A stretch of DNA of 64,000 bases. It comes from Daphnia carinata (taxonomy: Eukaryota). This document shows positions 1 through 15,289 of this stretch, in pieces (the first letter of the stretch is position 1; each line of letters opens with the position of its first letter). The DNA is taken from positions 3,286,001 through 3,350,000 of the forward strand of contig NC_081331.1 of assembly GCF_022539665.2 (NCBI RefSeq), written 5' to 3'. The notes under the pieces are model-generated. The model did not search any database and was not told where the DNA came from. It worked only from the letters and a program-made list of their open reading frames with translations. The position numbers were made by a program, and so were the translations under genes.

Positions 1-3000
1 TCGAATTGCGATACTTCCTATTCTAAAAGAAAAACAATAACAAATAGAATTACTTTAAAAAAAATTCAAGGGGATACTGTAAAAGTCGTAACAGAGTGAG
101 TAGGAACGCTATTGGATGATCTAAATGATAAGTAAACGATCCATCCGTAATGATTTCTGTTTTTTTTTTCTTGCCCGTTTGGCTGGATCGATTCGTTTGG
201 TATGAGGCTTGATTGCCTGCCGTCAAGCCAAAGCAAAACAAACGGGGGGACGTACATAAAAAAAAAAGGTGGCAACGTCGCCAATCCTCTTAACAATCGA
301 AGAACATGAAGAGTCAATCAACACAGCGATTTGTTCTTTCTTTTTTTTTTTTTTTTGTGTCACCTTATGTCACAGAAGAATACCAGTGACGCAATAAAAA
401 GGAAAATTGGAAGGGGGACAAATCACGTGTAAAAATATTACGCATCGCCCGCCATTTACGAAACCATAATGCGTTGCCAGAAGCTCAACAGAATGATTGA
501 ATTTACTTCCCGTACAGGGGGAGGGTTTCTATCAATCGTGAATCCAAAAAAAAAAAAAAAAAATTTATTTTCAAATGATCCTCTTTTTTTTTTTTTTTTT
601 TTGCCAATGCCCGTGTTCCAAAATCAATCTTTTTTTTTTTATTATTATTATAAATACTTACCGGAGACAAGGAAATAGTTGTAACAAAACTATCTTCACA
701 TTTTCTCCCTAGAGGCATATATACTCAATGATGATGACGATAATGTTCCATGCGTACAAGGAAGAAATAATAAAAAAAAAAGCCTCTTTGTTCCTCCCCC
801 CTTTTTTTTTCTTTCTACAATGATTCAATCAAATGCACGTCAACGGCACGTCTTTACAATCGGCCTTTACGGCAACATAAAAAAATCGGCTTTATATCTT
901 TTTCTTTTCCGTCATCAACTTGAGGTGTAAAAAGAAAAAAGTTATTTATTTTCCCCTCCTTTTCTCTTAAGCCTTTGCGCACAAAAGGGCAGGCGGGGGG
1001 GGGGGATACAGGGTGTAGTAGTGATCACGCGTAGATGCCGCCATCATTTTCTCCAACCCCATGATGCCTTTATGACATGCGTGTAGGCGGACTCTTTTTT
1101 TTTTTTGCTTTCGCTATTTTGATAGATCGACTACGTAACGCACTAAATTATTCGTTTAATGTAATCGACGATTGCGATTTGTTTTGACCCCAATTTCGTT
1201 CTTATTTAATGTTAAATTCTTACAGAAAAATATATATATATACTCAAGCGGTCGATAGGTTCTTTTTCTTTACTTGGAATTCCCGTGTACCACAACCGGA
1301 ATTCGACGGTGCGGTTCGATAGGGTACGCAAGCATGACGCAGCAATAGGTAAAGTCAGTTCCTCTAGCAGTGCGTTTAGATAACGAAGAAGAGGGGGGAA
1401 ACAAAGAATTATTTATCGATCGGATAAAGGCGTGGTTAGCCCCATTTTTTTCTCTCTCTCTTTCTCTCGATTGGATAACACAACGACATGCTTCTCCACG
1501 TACTAACAATTTTCTTTCCAGCATTTGAAATTTAACCACTGTGCGTTGCCTACCCCACGTTGCGGTGGATACGTCGTCCTCACCGGAACTTGGGACTAGC
1601 GCATAACTTATTCTAAAAAAAAATTTTTTTTTTTTTTTTTTTTTTTGGGTTGAAATTTGTATGTGTAAAGCGAAGGAACGAGTGGCATAAAAAAAAAACA
1701 AAAAAAAAAACACCGCACATACGAATGGGTGTTTGTCTTTTGTTTGGCAGTTGGACAAAAGAAGTGAATCGATTGAAAAAGTAAGGGGGAATGTGGTAGA
1801 AGGTGGAAAAAGAAAATCTTCGTGAGCACCCGGGGAGGTAAAAGAAGAGTTACGTATGCATGTATGCACACCATTTTTTTTTCTTCACCCTTTGTCAGCT
1901 CTTTGAAGGGAAAAGAAAGAACGAAACGCTGAGAATTGGGCATGGGCTTACTTTTGACTGGACTTTACCACCGTCTGTATACGTTACCGGACTTGGATTT
2001 ATATTTATAAAAAAAAAAAAAAAAAAGTTCTACTGAATCGATAGTAACTGTCGAGTTCGTATTCTATCCCCTCCGCCCCTGCTACCCCATGAAATGGGCA
2101 AAGATATTGTTCGTGACCGAATCTAACCCCCTTCAAGTGCCACAGTGTCCAATCGCTTCTTCCGCTTCAAAGTCACGTTTGAAAATGGCATATCTAGCGT
2201 ATATCATTCTCTCCAATTTTCTGATGCAAGGCCAAGCAATAGAGTATTACGACAGAACCGCGCAATCGATGCAATCTTCGTAAATTATACGAAATAGGGT
2301 CCCCCCCCCAACCTCCACGTACCATCGAGGGAGCTGTTTGACAAGTCTCTACGTCCATGGCCAGATACGAAAGCAGCAGAGTAGCGATAGGCCATCTTTC
2401 ATTATTTTCTACGTATAGTTTCCACTATTCATTTGTGTTTTCTGATTTAGAGACAACATTTCTGAATGAAAACGGAGAAAAACAAAATATCGGTAACGAT
2501 TGACGCTAGTCGACCTGACGTCATCGTGTTTTTCTACGAAGGAAAGTGGGGGTGCGATAAAAATCAAAGATAGAAACGTGGGTAGAAAAATTAGCTTTTT
2601 TTTTTAATTTCCTGTCAAATGTCAAACAGATAGGAATTTCGTTTTCATTGAACGATTCACGTTATCTCTTTTTTTTTTTTTTTTTTTTCAAGATAACATA
2701 TCAGTAGATTATGAGTTCCTTGAAAAAAGAAAAGCAGACGGCACGCCCGAAAATAGCACACCAATAGGAGAGGCTAAACGCGAGTCAAAACCGTCGGAGA
2801 GATGGGAGTTCCGGCGTGCGCGCGCTAGCGTGCCGGATATAGCGGTTGGAAGTATAATTTTTTTTTTTTTTATAGTGCTAGGTCAGAGAGCTACAGAGGT
2901 TTTCTTTCCATTTTTCTTTTTTGCCTAAACCCAGAATGAGAAAGAAAACAAACAAATGCGGCCATTAAAGAACGGTATCGTAGGTGTTGGACCGAGCACA

Positions 3001-3948
3001 GCAACACTGGGGCCGCTGATCTAAACATAGCTCGTCCGTATGGCCCGCTTACTACTAGTAGTAACAGACTCACGACCCTCCCCACCTTTCTTTTTTCTTT
3101 ACTATAATTGTAACGTTTTGCTGCCAAAAACTTGTAGAACGCGATGATTCACGTCAACGAGTTCCACGAGCCAATCAATACAGTCATTCATTTTACTCGA
3201 GGCTCAATTGCATTCAAAAACGTTTTTGTACCGTTCAAAACTAATAGACAGGGTAGCCAATTCAATCAATTTCGATGAGGTCTATAAAATATGAGGCAAA
3301 CAATTTGCGGACGGTATAGAACAAACGTTTAGAAATGAGGGTGGGGCTCGGTTACTAGCAAAAGGCGCATGGTTTTTCTTTCGGATCCACACCCCGGAAA
3401 TCGATGGTCAGTGCTGACTGTCGGATCGATGAATGTACACCTTTACAACCTACCAACCTGACACTCTACACTCTCCCCCCACCTCTTATTTTGTGTCAGA
3501 TCCCCCCCCCCCCCCAAAAAAAAAAAAAAATAGGTCAGAAAGATGATAACCTTCTTGAAAGAAAGGTACAGAAAACCCACGCAAAACCAATGCCGTGCAT
3601 CACGTTCAGGTGTCTCATAGAGACGTCGGTGTCGTTTGCAGATCCTGCCTTACTTTCCCCCTACCGTCAAACACAACGTGTGTTGATGTCGAACTTACTT
3701 TGAGTACCCCGATTTTTCCCTTGGCATGTTATTTAATCTTCAAAAAGAAGGAAGCATAACACACAAAATAGAAAGTGCCACTGTCTCCTAGCTAAACTAG
3801 TTTCACTTGATTATTGAGAAATGTCAAGCGGATGTAACACCCAAAGATTCTTGAAGCGACGCCCACGTTTCTTTTGCCAACCGAGACGATTGCATTGCAT
3901 GAGAAAAAAAAAGATGACTAACGCACCCAACCACTCTAACCAGAGACG

Positions 3949-3953
<5 letters not shown>

Positions 3954-3993
<40 letters not shown>
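3954..3993 (+). repeat. Poly(A) tract of 40 nt
   Basis: Seen directly; the longest of many homopolymers in the first 6 kb. Confidence 0.9.
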
Positions 3994-3995
<2 letters not shown>

Positions 3996-6257
3996 AAGGA
4001 AGAAGGCCATGCCACACTCGCAGAGATAAATCCAATACATCAGATCTTCCCAACTCATTCATTTCAATCACATCGAAACGTGAATAGGGAACCCGACAAA
4101 AATGTTCCAGCAAAGTGCAATAGTCTCTACAGTTAATGCCCCTGAACCCGTCGTTATGCTCACCTCTTGAAAGCGACGCATTCACACGCACTCAGAACGA
4201 AGCCCGACACAGGAAAAAAAAATAATAATCACACAATTAGTTGGCAATGCGAACGTTATCGGCGGAGGGTATCGTCATTATTCTAGCGCAGAAGGGAAAG
4301 AAAAAAAATTAATCTTTGATGGGTGAATGTTTGTGCGACCCGTCATCTGCTATTCCATCAGATTGTTTGTATAAAAGCCAATCCTTTTTTTTTTATTTCT
4401 GACGAGCATTAACTCGTTTGTGATTGTTAGAGGACAGTAGGAGGCGGAGGGGGGAGATCCCAAATGGATCGGCATCCTTTTCTTCTCGTTTCGTGGGGAA
4501 AATGAAAGAGATTTGTTTTTTTGCGTTCGAGGGGCTTGTGTGTGTTCTGTGGTGTTTGTACAAGTGGTGGACGAGAGACACCCACAGTAACTCCGCCAGA
4601 GAATGTGAGAAGGTGATGCGGTGAATGACAACATCTGCGCTGCATCAGGCGGAGAAAATAAGAAAGGGGTACCCCATAGGAAAGTGAAGGACTCTGGGAT
4701 CCAATAGAGAGATGAAAATGTGGTACAAATATAGAAACCATCCGGAATATGATCCCCTCTTTACTCCACCCCCCGGATATGGAGTACAAAAAAAAAAAAA
4801 AGAAAATCCTTTTTTTAATCAAATTTTGTTTAGTTTCATGGAAAATGGAAAACATTAACACAACAAAGGCTTGATGAAAAAAAAAAAGTGTTCACTTGTT
4901 TTAATCAACAATCCGTTGTGTTATCATTATAAAAAAAAAAAAGGGAGGAATATTGTTTTCCGGAGTGGCTGGTCGATATCCCACATCCACAACGGAAAGA
5001 AAAAACCGCAGTCACGGCGGTCTGATCCTATACTGTGCCGTAATAATCCGGTTGAATTTTGAAAGCACACGCACACAAACATCACAATCGCGTGTGCATC
5101 GTCAGCTACGAGCAAAAAGGGGGGGAAAAAATGACGCCGACCCCACCCAGGTGATTTGGAACGGCATGGGTGTCACGCATATGAATTCCTTATTGAACGG
5201 GAGTACGTCCCGCTTGTTCCCGTCACACGTAAAAATGGATCGAACATGTTGACCCACACGATCCGTCTATCTTCCAAGTAGACGACACCGGTCAGCTTTT
5301 AAAGTAGAACAAAGACGGTGGCATGTCGTCGTGTCTAAGTCACACAAAAACAAAACATAAAATTTCGGTATTGGACGGTGGGGTGTGTGTGCACTCGTTA
5401 CACGAACGATATGCCCATTTTTTTAAAAAAGAAGAAAATTTCTATCCAAAACAATTTTCGAATTTTGGGTCTTTTCCTTCTTCTTTTTTTTTTTTTTTTT
5501 TTTTTTTTTTGAATAATGGAACATGACACACAAACAGCTACTTCTAAAGAAACATGGGCGGCGAATCTCGAAAAGAAATTCATTCTAATTCCTCTCCGAA
5601 GGAGAAACGTCAATTGGTTAGCCTCGAGGCTTGGCAAACGACTTGGAAGGTCGCAAAAGAAATTAAAAACAAATAATAAAAAAGGGAAGACGAAAAAGGG
5701 CGAAACACACTGTGCTTCGCTATGCGTGCATATGAACATGTCCAGAAATGGTGATACGAAAGTGGGCAGAGAGAGAGAAGTCTAGCAGTAGTTTGGTGTC
5801 ACGTTCAAACTCACGAGAGAGGGAAAGAAAAAAAAATCGGTTAACGCCCATGTAACGTTTGCCTGTATGTATATGGATGTGTTGCGCGCCAACGGACGCG
5901 GCCTTCACGGGCAAACCGAGAGACTACCAATACACGTTCGATAGTAGAAAAACAACCTAGGAATAGCAAAAAGGCACCTGTGCTCGTCCGAAAGGCGTTC
6001 TTTTCGAAATCTCTTTCTGCTTTTTTCGATGAAATTTTTTTTGTTTCGTTCAATCGACAAGATGACCAAAATGAGGCGAACCGTAGGCGTACCGTTGGTA
6101 ACAGTTCGCCCAGCGACAGAGGGACTAATTTCGTTTGTGTATCGGAAACCGAAAATAGAAAAAGGTATTTTATAGAGCGTGCCCGGGCGACACTACGCCC
6201 CAAAGAGTCTTGGGATAACTAAAGAAAAACGAAAACATGAAAGGAACGAAGCTTTAC

Positions 6258-7582
6258 CTCTTTCACTTCACAAGTGTGGGCGGTTGTGTCGAGCTGCTTG
6301 GGCGATTGTTTTTCCAACAACAGCGTCTTCGTCCACGAGAGGAAAAAAAGAGAGCAAAGGCTGTGTATGTGAAAAGTGTTTCCTTTTGCTTTGCTTATCT
6401 TCTTTCTTGTTTTGTTTTTGCTAGTTGCTGCTTTTGTTTGCTGATGATGCTCAAAAGGCTAAAAAAAGGAGTTTCCAATGAGGTTCCTTCACCAAACCCG
6501 GTGGGTGAAGATACCAAAAAAAAAGGCCTAGACGTTGAGAAGGGATAAAACACAATTAGTTGTTTGAATTAAATGTTGCACATGAAATACAAGTGAATAT
6601 ATTTTTAAAAACAAAAACATAAAATAACAGCACAAGCCTACGAAACGTCAGTGTCTTCTCCTACACTTCTTTTGATTTGAATAATGGGAGTTTCGAATCG
6701 AGGAAGGGAGAAATGACGTCAGTTGCCCTACAAAGATTCGGCTCAAGGATCTCGTTGCCCAACTAGTTAGTCAGCACCAGGCAAAATAGGGATTCTTTTC
6801 TCGAAATAATCATTTGGCTATTTTCGGACATTACTAGCCTATATAACTTCTGGTTTGCAAATGAACGGCTTGACGACTAACCCTTTTTGTCAAATATTGA
6901 AGCAGACGACGCGAAAACGAGATGTCAATCACTCGAATGTTATTGACATTTAATTCGGCTGGTTTAAATCCCCAAACAACTGATAACACATACACACACA
7001 ACACTGTATAAAAACAAATACAAATAATAACAAATCAGCATGCCTGTGTTGACAACTCATGTGCAGAAACGTTAATTTCCAGAGGTTCTTTTACCACACT
7101 CGAATGGTAGGAAAGAAATCGACACAAACACGAAACTAGTACGAAAAATCAACGTTTTCAGACAACTTATTTTTCGCATTAACTAAAAAACAGAAAAAAG
7201 ATGGAAAAAAAAACTTTGTTTCGCTTCCTTATAAAGGCACCCAGCTCGGGTTTGTACCCCACAGAGAGCTAGAGAGAGAGAGAGAAGGCAAACGGATGGT
7301 ATGCTGTGTATATACGCGTATTATACGAAAACTAGAGGAAAGCGAAAGAAAGAATGCCTGTGTAGTCCGCACAGCTGTTTTTTCGTCTGTCCGGCAACGA
7401 GTCATCAACGAGCTAAATCGTTTCAAACCATCAAGTAGGAAGAGTCTAATGCATAAAAACGGATATTGCGAAACGCCAATGGTCGTGATATCGTCGATTA
7501 ACTATTAAACGAACGAAATAACTAGAACTTACAATCAGCGACAGCACTTACACCGACACACCCCTGTTAGATACTGAATAAG
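6258..7582 (-). promoter_or_regulatory. Candidate TSS and non-coding 5' exons of a minus-strand gene that continues leftwards out of the window
   Basis: On the minus strand there is an initiator-like TTCAGTA at ~7572-7578, GTAAGT donors at ~7551 and ~7532, and a GAG|GTAAAG donor at ~6257. No coding exon was found. Confidence 0.35.
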
Positions 7583-7814
7583 CTACGATGCCAGACTGTA
7601 CTCAAATGATTCTTTTGAGGGAACGGGAACGCGCCATCACCTACTTTTCAGTTTTGTTCTATATTTTTCATTTCGCTTTTTGGATTTTCCTCCACCACTT
7701 TTTCATCATTAGCACTGTTAGGCATAGTGTACATTTTTGCCGGCGAAATAAATCAATAACAAAACACACCCAGTTCTTTGCACTGTTTACAATGTATCCT
7801 CATTGATCATGATT

Positions 7815-7955
7815 AAGTTCAGTGCATACTACCATCGATCGAATCGTGAACGAGACGCTGTTCGCATTTCAATTCAAAGTTCAGTTTTTCTGCATGTAAG
7901 TGATTGATGGATTTTTGAGGAAGAAAATGCAGTTTTTCCTCGTCTCAGTTCAGCT
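7815..7955 (+). promoter_or_regulatory. Candidate plus-strand TSS with short first exon
   Basis: Clustered TCAGT initiator-like motifs (~7819, ~7880, ~7945) and a CAT|GTAAGT donor at ~7896. Confidence 0.3.
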
Positions 7956-10900
7956 TACGTTGTTTGCTTTAGTTCTATTGCTCTTTCTGCGAATTAGCAA
8001 AACACTAAAAACTAATTAGTCCTGACGTAGAATTTTTGGTTTCGTGCATTCAATTATGATGGGACCTACGATTACAAACGAAAAATATTTAAAAAACAAC
8101 AAGGAATTGTATTTCTTGCAACTAAATTTTTCAGTTCGACAACAGCTGATTCGGCGAACCGTCTGCTGTCTAAACAGAATCTCCTGAATGCGCAATTCGT
8201 CTGCGGCTTTCCCAATGGTGAAAAAAGTAAACAAACCCGAAAAGAAGAAAAGGTTTTAAACTTTTATAGCTTCCAAAGCAAGCGAATGCGTGTGAGTAGT
8301 GCACAGAGGGCGGAGCACATCAACATTCAGAAAAATAAAATGGAAAAGAAAAAGAATCTTGAGAGTCCATTTCAGCTTCTGTGTGTAGAATCGGCAGCCA
8401 AAAAGGCAACAGCCCTATATATCTAAAACTAACAAGGGCACCCTAGACTCTTTCCACTAAGCACGCAATATCGAGAGGGAAAAAAAGGGGAGGGAGCCTC
8501 TTGAGCAGCAAAGAAAAAAAGAAAAAAACACCAATCGCCTCTCTAACCCCTCCACTTGTACGAGAGCAGTCGAAGAATATAAGCGACTTGACATTGTTGT
8601 GCTGCACACATAGAGGAGCTGTATATACATAGTACATTTATAGTCAATGCATCGTATTTTTGGTATTGCTCCGACGAGTGTTATGAATCCATCCCGTGAT
8701 TGTGTTCTGCCCTTCCCAAGTCCCTATGCGTCACCGCTATTGTCGCAATTGCAGCAAGAGGGCCAAGGGCCAAATGCGCGGAGGGGTATAAAGCGCTACT
8801 TGCCGGATATCCGTAAAGAAAAGAAAAAAGAAATGCGAGCGGAGTAGGGACGACGAGTCGTGAGGGCATAAAATAGATAAATAACAATCCACACATGACG
8901 AAAAGGAAAATGAGCCAGCTGCATCTATACCCACACTCTAGTCATCATAACAATAATAAAGAGTGCTGAATTCCACCCACCCCTCCACCCTGTCTATGAG
9001 ACCGATCCGGTGCCAATCGGCTGTCAATGTACACGCTACATATTTATTTTACTTATTTACGTTGTTTGTGTATGTCCCAGAGATTTTGTTTATAACATAA
9101 ACAATTGATATGGAAATACGTTGCGATAGCGGAGCTCGTTTGATTTCTTCCATCCGGGATACCACCAGATTAAAAAAATATATATAAAATTGGGTTGAGT
9201 ATTCATCCTGATTGCGCTCATCAGGGCCTCTCGATGTATAATCAATCGAATCAACGGCAATCAGAATATTTGACAGTTTCAAAAGTTCCGAAAAATCTCA
9301 GATGGGTTTTTAGAAGGGAACCACATTCTCAAACAAGAAATGCATAAAATAGTAACAAAAAAAAAAGTATGAAAGGAAAAAAAAATATAAAAGGCTGAGA
9401 GGAACCGGATCTGCGCGGATGGAAACGAACGGCGCGGAAGAAGAAGAACAAGTTTGACTGTGCATGTAGAGAAATATTTGCTATATAGTCGATAACCCTC
9501 AATCTATTTGGCTGCTGTTCTTCCTTCGTTGATGATGGCACTCCTCTTGCCCGACTTAATGGCGCGTGTAGTAGAGCGATCATCGATGAACCGAGAAAAG
9601 AGAAAAGGCTATTCTTTTCAGTCCCTGGTTTGCCCGTAGACTTTTCCATTCGAAGAATTGCTTATTCACCATTTTCTCTTGCAATGCAGATGAAAAGAAT
9701 TGACGAAAATTGTTTTCCTTGCTGCCTTTTGTATTCGCCATCATAAATTCTGTCCTAATTTCCATTCCAAATGAGTATGTTATGTTCCCCAACAGCAATT
9801 CTGCATACATTATTCCACCTTCTACCATGCTAGCTGATATTTTGTAATCGAATAAGAAAAATATAGGAAAAATTCTCTGGTGGCAAGACTTCCTTGTTTT
9901 CTAGTGTCACCAAAGATCAACATGGTCGGTTCTTCCCGGGATCACGGGGTGATCTACACCCATATCTTCCTCTTTTTTTGGACATCAATAAATGTAGCAA
10001 ACAGAAAGACCAAAAGAGATGTACGTTTCTTGTCTTTTGATCTCGTCTCTTTGATCAACTGCCGTAGATGCTACACGAGACTTGCAAATGTATCACGTTG
10101 ACGATCTCTATCCGTCAATATATGCAAATCCACATCTCTCTAGATGTGCAGCCACGTCAGGATGCGTACGGGATTGCATACATTTTTGAAAATAACCCCT
10201 CCTCGTGTAGTTAAAAAAAAATTAAATAATTTCGAAGTTTGATTGGAAGTCTATAATTTAAAGGCTGCTGTGCAACGAGGTTTCTCAACCGAATCCTTTG
10301 GAAAATGAGAAAAAAAGGGGAAACAAAAACGACTTGGGGAGGGATACGCTGACGGAGGCAGGCCGGATATACGTGAAGGATGAAACGACCATATAGACGA
10401 AGGAGGATGGCAACATCAGCAGAGGGAAGTTCGATCAAAGCCAAAATAAAAAAAAGGGAGATCGACTATGTTTTTCATCTCCCTTTTTATTTTGGTTCGG
10501 GACTTGCATGGCAAGCAAAGGCAAGTCAGACTTTTTCCTTCCGGAGTCGGCAGAGTTTCCGGCCGACTTCCATCCCCCTGCCCCACTACGTACTAGAATA
10601 TACACATACATAGTAAAAGAAAAAAAAAAAAATAATAATAAAAAAATTTAGATAGTATTCACTGTTATCTATTGCTGTTTACTTTCAAGATGTAGAACGC
10701 AGTGGATTTTCGGTATATTACTAAAAAAAGACGAAACGCCATGTATCACTTCCGGCAAGTTCGGATAGAGAGTAAAAAATAAAAAAAAAAACTCAATTGG
10801 CACGAGAACAACACGACATTACTTCTAGCGTACCACAATTCTCCAATTACTCGTTGCCAAAAGTCTGCCTTTTTTTGATTGCATCAAAGATGTTGAAACA

Positions 10901-13900
10901 AAAAATGGACCAATTGATTCTGCTTCGTCCTTCAACATGCCTAATCTCAATCTATTACACGTTGCGACCCGGAAAGTAATTGAAGAAAAATATCTAGGCT
11001 ACCGTATAAGATACGGGATTCAAAGTTCACGAGGATATTTGAGAGCATGAAAATAGGGCGCAATATCAAAATGAAATCCTTTTATAAAACATCTTGCATA
11101 ACAGATCCCAAATTACGCAAGAAATATTTAGGTCATGGATAGCAATTTTTTTTTTTAAACAAACGTACTTTGAAAATTTTTCATTCGATACAAGCGTCGA
11201 ATTAAAGACGGAAACGCGATACCTTTCCAATTCTGCGGATTTATAAAACATGAAGGTTAATGTGAAAAATAGATTTTTGGAAGTAAAACAAGCGTTTACA
11301 ATATTAATTAAAGGATAACAATTAGTAAACCAAATCTCGCTGTAGATGATGGAGAAGTTCTTCTAGTTATAATTCACAAACCGTAATGGCTCGTATATCA
11401 ACCAATCCATCACAGTTATAAGAAACAAATCTTGATGATGAACACACCAACAATTTTGTTTTCCGTTTAAAATTTAAGCGAGCAGTTTTGTTATTTTAAA
11501 GCATAAACAAACGCATTCTTATTTCAAAAGGGAAAGCAATAACGCACGAAAAAAAAAGAAATTTATGTTTCGAAATTTGCATACGTTATACTGGCTGGAG
11601 ATAAAAAAAAAAAGGGACGAACCGTTCTATTCTATAACTCGATAAATATATAGAAGATAACGACATGCGATATAAAAGCAATCATTTTTTTTTTTTGCTG
11701 TATACTGCACAGCTCATTTCATTCGCACAGGAGGGGCGATATTGGCAGGGGGTGCCGATTGTTTATGTTGACATGAAAATAAAAGAAACAACAAAATTCT
11801 GAATCGCTATATTCAGATACGAAATTGACATTAGAACCTAACAAGAAACACAGAAAGGATCTAATTGCCGGCTAGCAAATCGAGTGTCTCTCGCATAGCC
11901 GTATACTTCATCATATCCTCGAAAATGTATTAATGGTGCGTCACTGTCGATTTTTTTTTAAAGGTTGAATAAAAAGCTCTCCTTGATTTACACAGAAGAG
12001 GAGGGTTCCCAAAATTTTCTAATGCAAGCGATTCTCAATATAGATCGAGTGAATTCTTTTAGAGACGCGTATTTATGACACACTATCGCGTTGTAGATAT
12101 AAAGCGAGGGGCTTGTCATGGCCGCTGAAATAACAAAAAGCGCAACGATCCTTTTGTGTGTGTATAATAGAAATAGAGGCTCTAAAAGAATATACTAGTC
12201 CCGAATACATCAGAGAGAAAAGGGAAAAAAAATGGGAGGGAGCCTCCCATCAGCGTGATAGATATTCCCTTGTCTGCACAGGCCATCTCCTCCATGACAA
12301 ATTGAGTCGCGCGACTTTCACATCGTCGAGATTGTTCAAGCTCGGCGAGACGTAGTAGCTCAAAGCCTCGCAGTCTTGTCAACTGCCACTCTATCCGATG
12401 GCTGTGCTCTATATACTGCGTGTTATGCATTTGTTTTTATATTTAGTAGATGGAATATATGTATATATATATCTACGACAACAGTGTTCTTTCTTAATAA
12501 GATTTCTCGAAAAGGCGGGCACATATCTTTCCAGCCGATCGCTACTTCTTTTATAGATGTCTTTTGTGTTCCTCCTCTCTATGTACGAAATAATTCTTGT
12601 TGAAGGCACGTATAACAAATGGAGATTACAATCTCTGCACAATTGATGAGTCTCTATAAAAATGTATCTCTATTATAAACTACGGTATTTTTTTTTGTTT
12701 CTTTATTCCAATATCTTTTGCAGATTGATGTTTATTAGTTGGACCCCCCAAAAAATGCGTAGGGACGGACGCTGGCCCAGCGGATGACAATCATACTGAC
12801 TGTTACACACTAGATCGAACTCGGTGGCTATTTGCTGGGAGGGTTTCTTTTTTTTTAGTCCGTTTGCTATAAAAGTCTATCCGGGGGATATAGCAACGAG
12901 CGTGGGAGAAGGTCATTTTTTATCCCGAACGAGCCATTATATATTTTTCGCAGTCAAGAGCAAAGTGAAAGAGCGCCATGAATCCTAGATTCCTATTGGA
13001 TGACTATAGTATCCACTCTATGCGTATATTTCTAGCGGAATCTTTCAGGCGCATCTCTTTATTATGGCCAGCACTACACAGAGAAGAAAACAGTTGCGTA
13101 GAAGTTGTGCCCTCGATCCTGATTGGTGCCCGCTGATTTTTTTTTTCTTTTGGCTTTAGTTTTCTATTTTTTGTTCGTTTATACGAGGAAAGGCAAAACG
13201 CCAGCCTTTGGATGTAGATCGTTGGGTACACTATTCAGTATGCGCAATAAAAAGATGAAAGAATAATCCCAGCGTAAATCATATGAAAATATACTTTAAT
13301 TTTCATTTTTTTGTTTTCTGCCGGGGAATAGTGAAAGAGACGTAAGACATTTCAATCAACTCTTATCAATATTTTATGGTTTGAACTGCGTAACCATCGA
13401 TACGGATGGCATCGTGAAACGTCCTTGAACTTGATGCTAATAATATTCTGTTGATCGAGATAAGAATACAATGATTTTCTTTATCAAGAGCATCTAAAGC
13501 CAGCGTGATTAAAGGGGTGCACGAAAAACAAGTGCAGCACAAGCTGACATCCCGTTTTTCGAGAGGGGCGAAAAAAAAAACTGGAGATTAATAGCTGATG
13601 TAACGCCCCAGTTGGTCCCTTACTGAATCTAATCAATCAAGATTGACCCATCATCAGTAGAGTTGTTGGTCCGTCCCTACACGAAAATCCCAAAAATAAA
13701 AAAAAAAGGATCCAGGCCAGCTCGTCAATTATATTCCCTTATTCTTGGAAGGGGGTATAGTTGATGAACTTAATGTGTAACCCTTTCAAAGCTAACCGTT
13801 CTACATGCACATATCACCAACAGATAATTCGATTAACAGAGAAGATCGTGACGTTGATTCATCATCCACCGTTTCACGATAATTTCATCCCAGTCCCGTT

Positions 13901-15289
13901 ACAGGGAATTTTCACGTCACGACGAATACCCAACATACTCGGCCCGTTTTACGATAATTATTTTTTTTTTCGCCTTGATATGTTAGCAAAATAAAAATAG
14001 ACGATAAAATTTGAATTTGGCGCTTCTTGTTAGGCGATGTTTATAGATTGAATTCGGAATGGTCAAATTATTTCGGCGGTGACTTTAACGTGCTGGTTCG
14101 CTGTGTCAAATATTTTAATACAACCAGTCAGTTAAACAAATTTCGACGATTTCAATCCCTTTCATCCCTATTGGTACGATAGGAGTCGTCGCATATCTAC
14201 GAATATCATTTTTTACAATTTCAGTTCACCGAACGCATTTTGGGAACGAATGAAAGAATCTAAAAATTTTCAGTCGATTAAACACGGCATCCCCCCGTCC
14301 CCCTATCCTTAACACACGAATCGTTTCCAATCAATAAGAAGGGCGTTTTTCTTATTTCTGGAACAGTTTCAAAATTCAGCCCTTTTCATGGAAGAGACCT
14401 TGATATCGTTCAAGAGATTCATATTTCACACTGATCCGTCATCCTGTCTCTGCACTGAATAAAAGAAAACTGAACACCCCCCATTCGGACAAAAAAAACC
14501 TGGCAAACCCTTTTGCCTGGACGACAAGAAAAGTGGACACATATAATACAAGGCTACACACATAGATAGTCTACTGGATGTGTAGAACATAATCGGATTA
14601 CAAACAGCTTGGCTATAAAACACGGACGACAACAAAGACTGCGTGATCCGTGATTTGCTATATTGCCGCCTCCCTTTTTTTTTATGTGTGTCACAACTCT
14701 TGCCGTATGACCCGATACGATTAGAGCAAACTGCATTACATAAACTACGTGCGTCTTGGTTTAGTCACGCATTTCTATTTGAAATCAGAAGTGCAGCAAA
14801 TCGAAAATGCATAATTTAATTATAAAATGAAAGACAATTTTTTACGACAAAATACGCTTTTTTTGGGTAGATTTGAACGATTAGTACCTATTTTACTATT
14901 CATCACGATAATTTGAATACGGCGGTTCTTTTTATCTTCATGAATTTTTACAGTTTAGACTCTACTACTACTTCGTGCTCGGCAACTAGATAGAGGCTTT
15001 CCATCATGATCGAACATAACAAAGAACTTGCAAAAGAATAGCAGAACCATTATCGTTTTTGTTATTCGAGGAGGGGTTATTTATTGTTTTCTTGTTCCAC
15101 CCTCTTTCCACGTGTTATGACAAGTCAGCTCGTCCAATGATTGAGAATGCTTTCATATACAGCTTTAGATATAGCTAGCCAGGAAACCCCATTCCGAATT
15201 CGATCTACGCCGCCTGCCAAGTTCTGTCGAATATTTTTTTTTGAAGATTTTTTTATTTCCCTCCTTTTTTTTATTGATTTTCAAGAATG

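Noticed and set aside
3954..3993. Retro-insertion poly(A) tail
   Set aside because: No target-site duplication or element body seen, and similar runs are common locally.
9580..9828. 82-aa minus-strand ORF with protein-like composition
   Set aside because: No recognisable family or flanking exons, so it cannot be supported without a search.
50..14736. Numerous 60-200 aa ORFs in the first 15 kb
   Set aside because: Dominated by poly-K/poly-F from homopolymers, many with non-ATG starts, and no recognisable domains.
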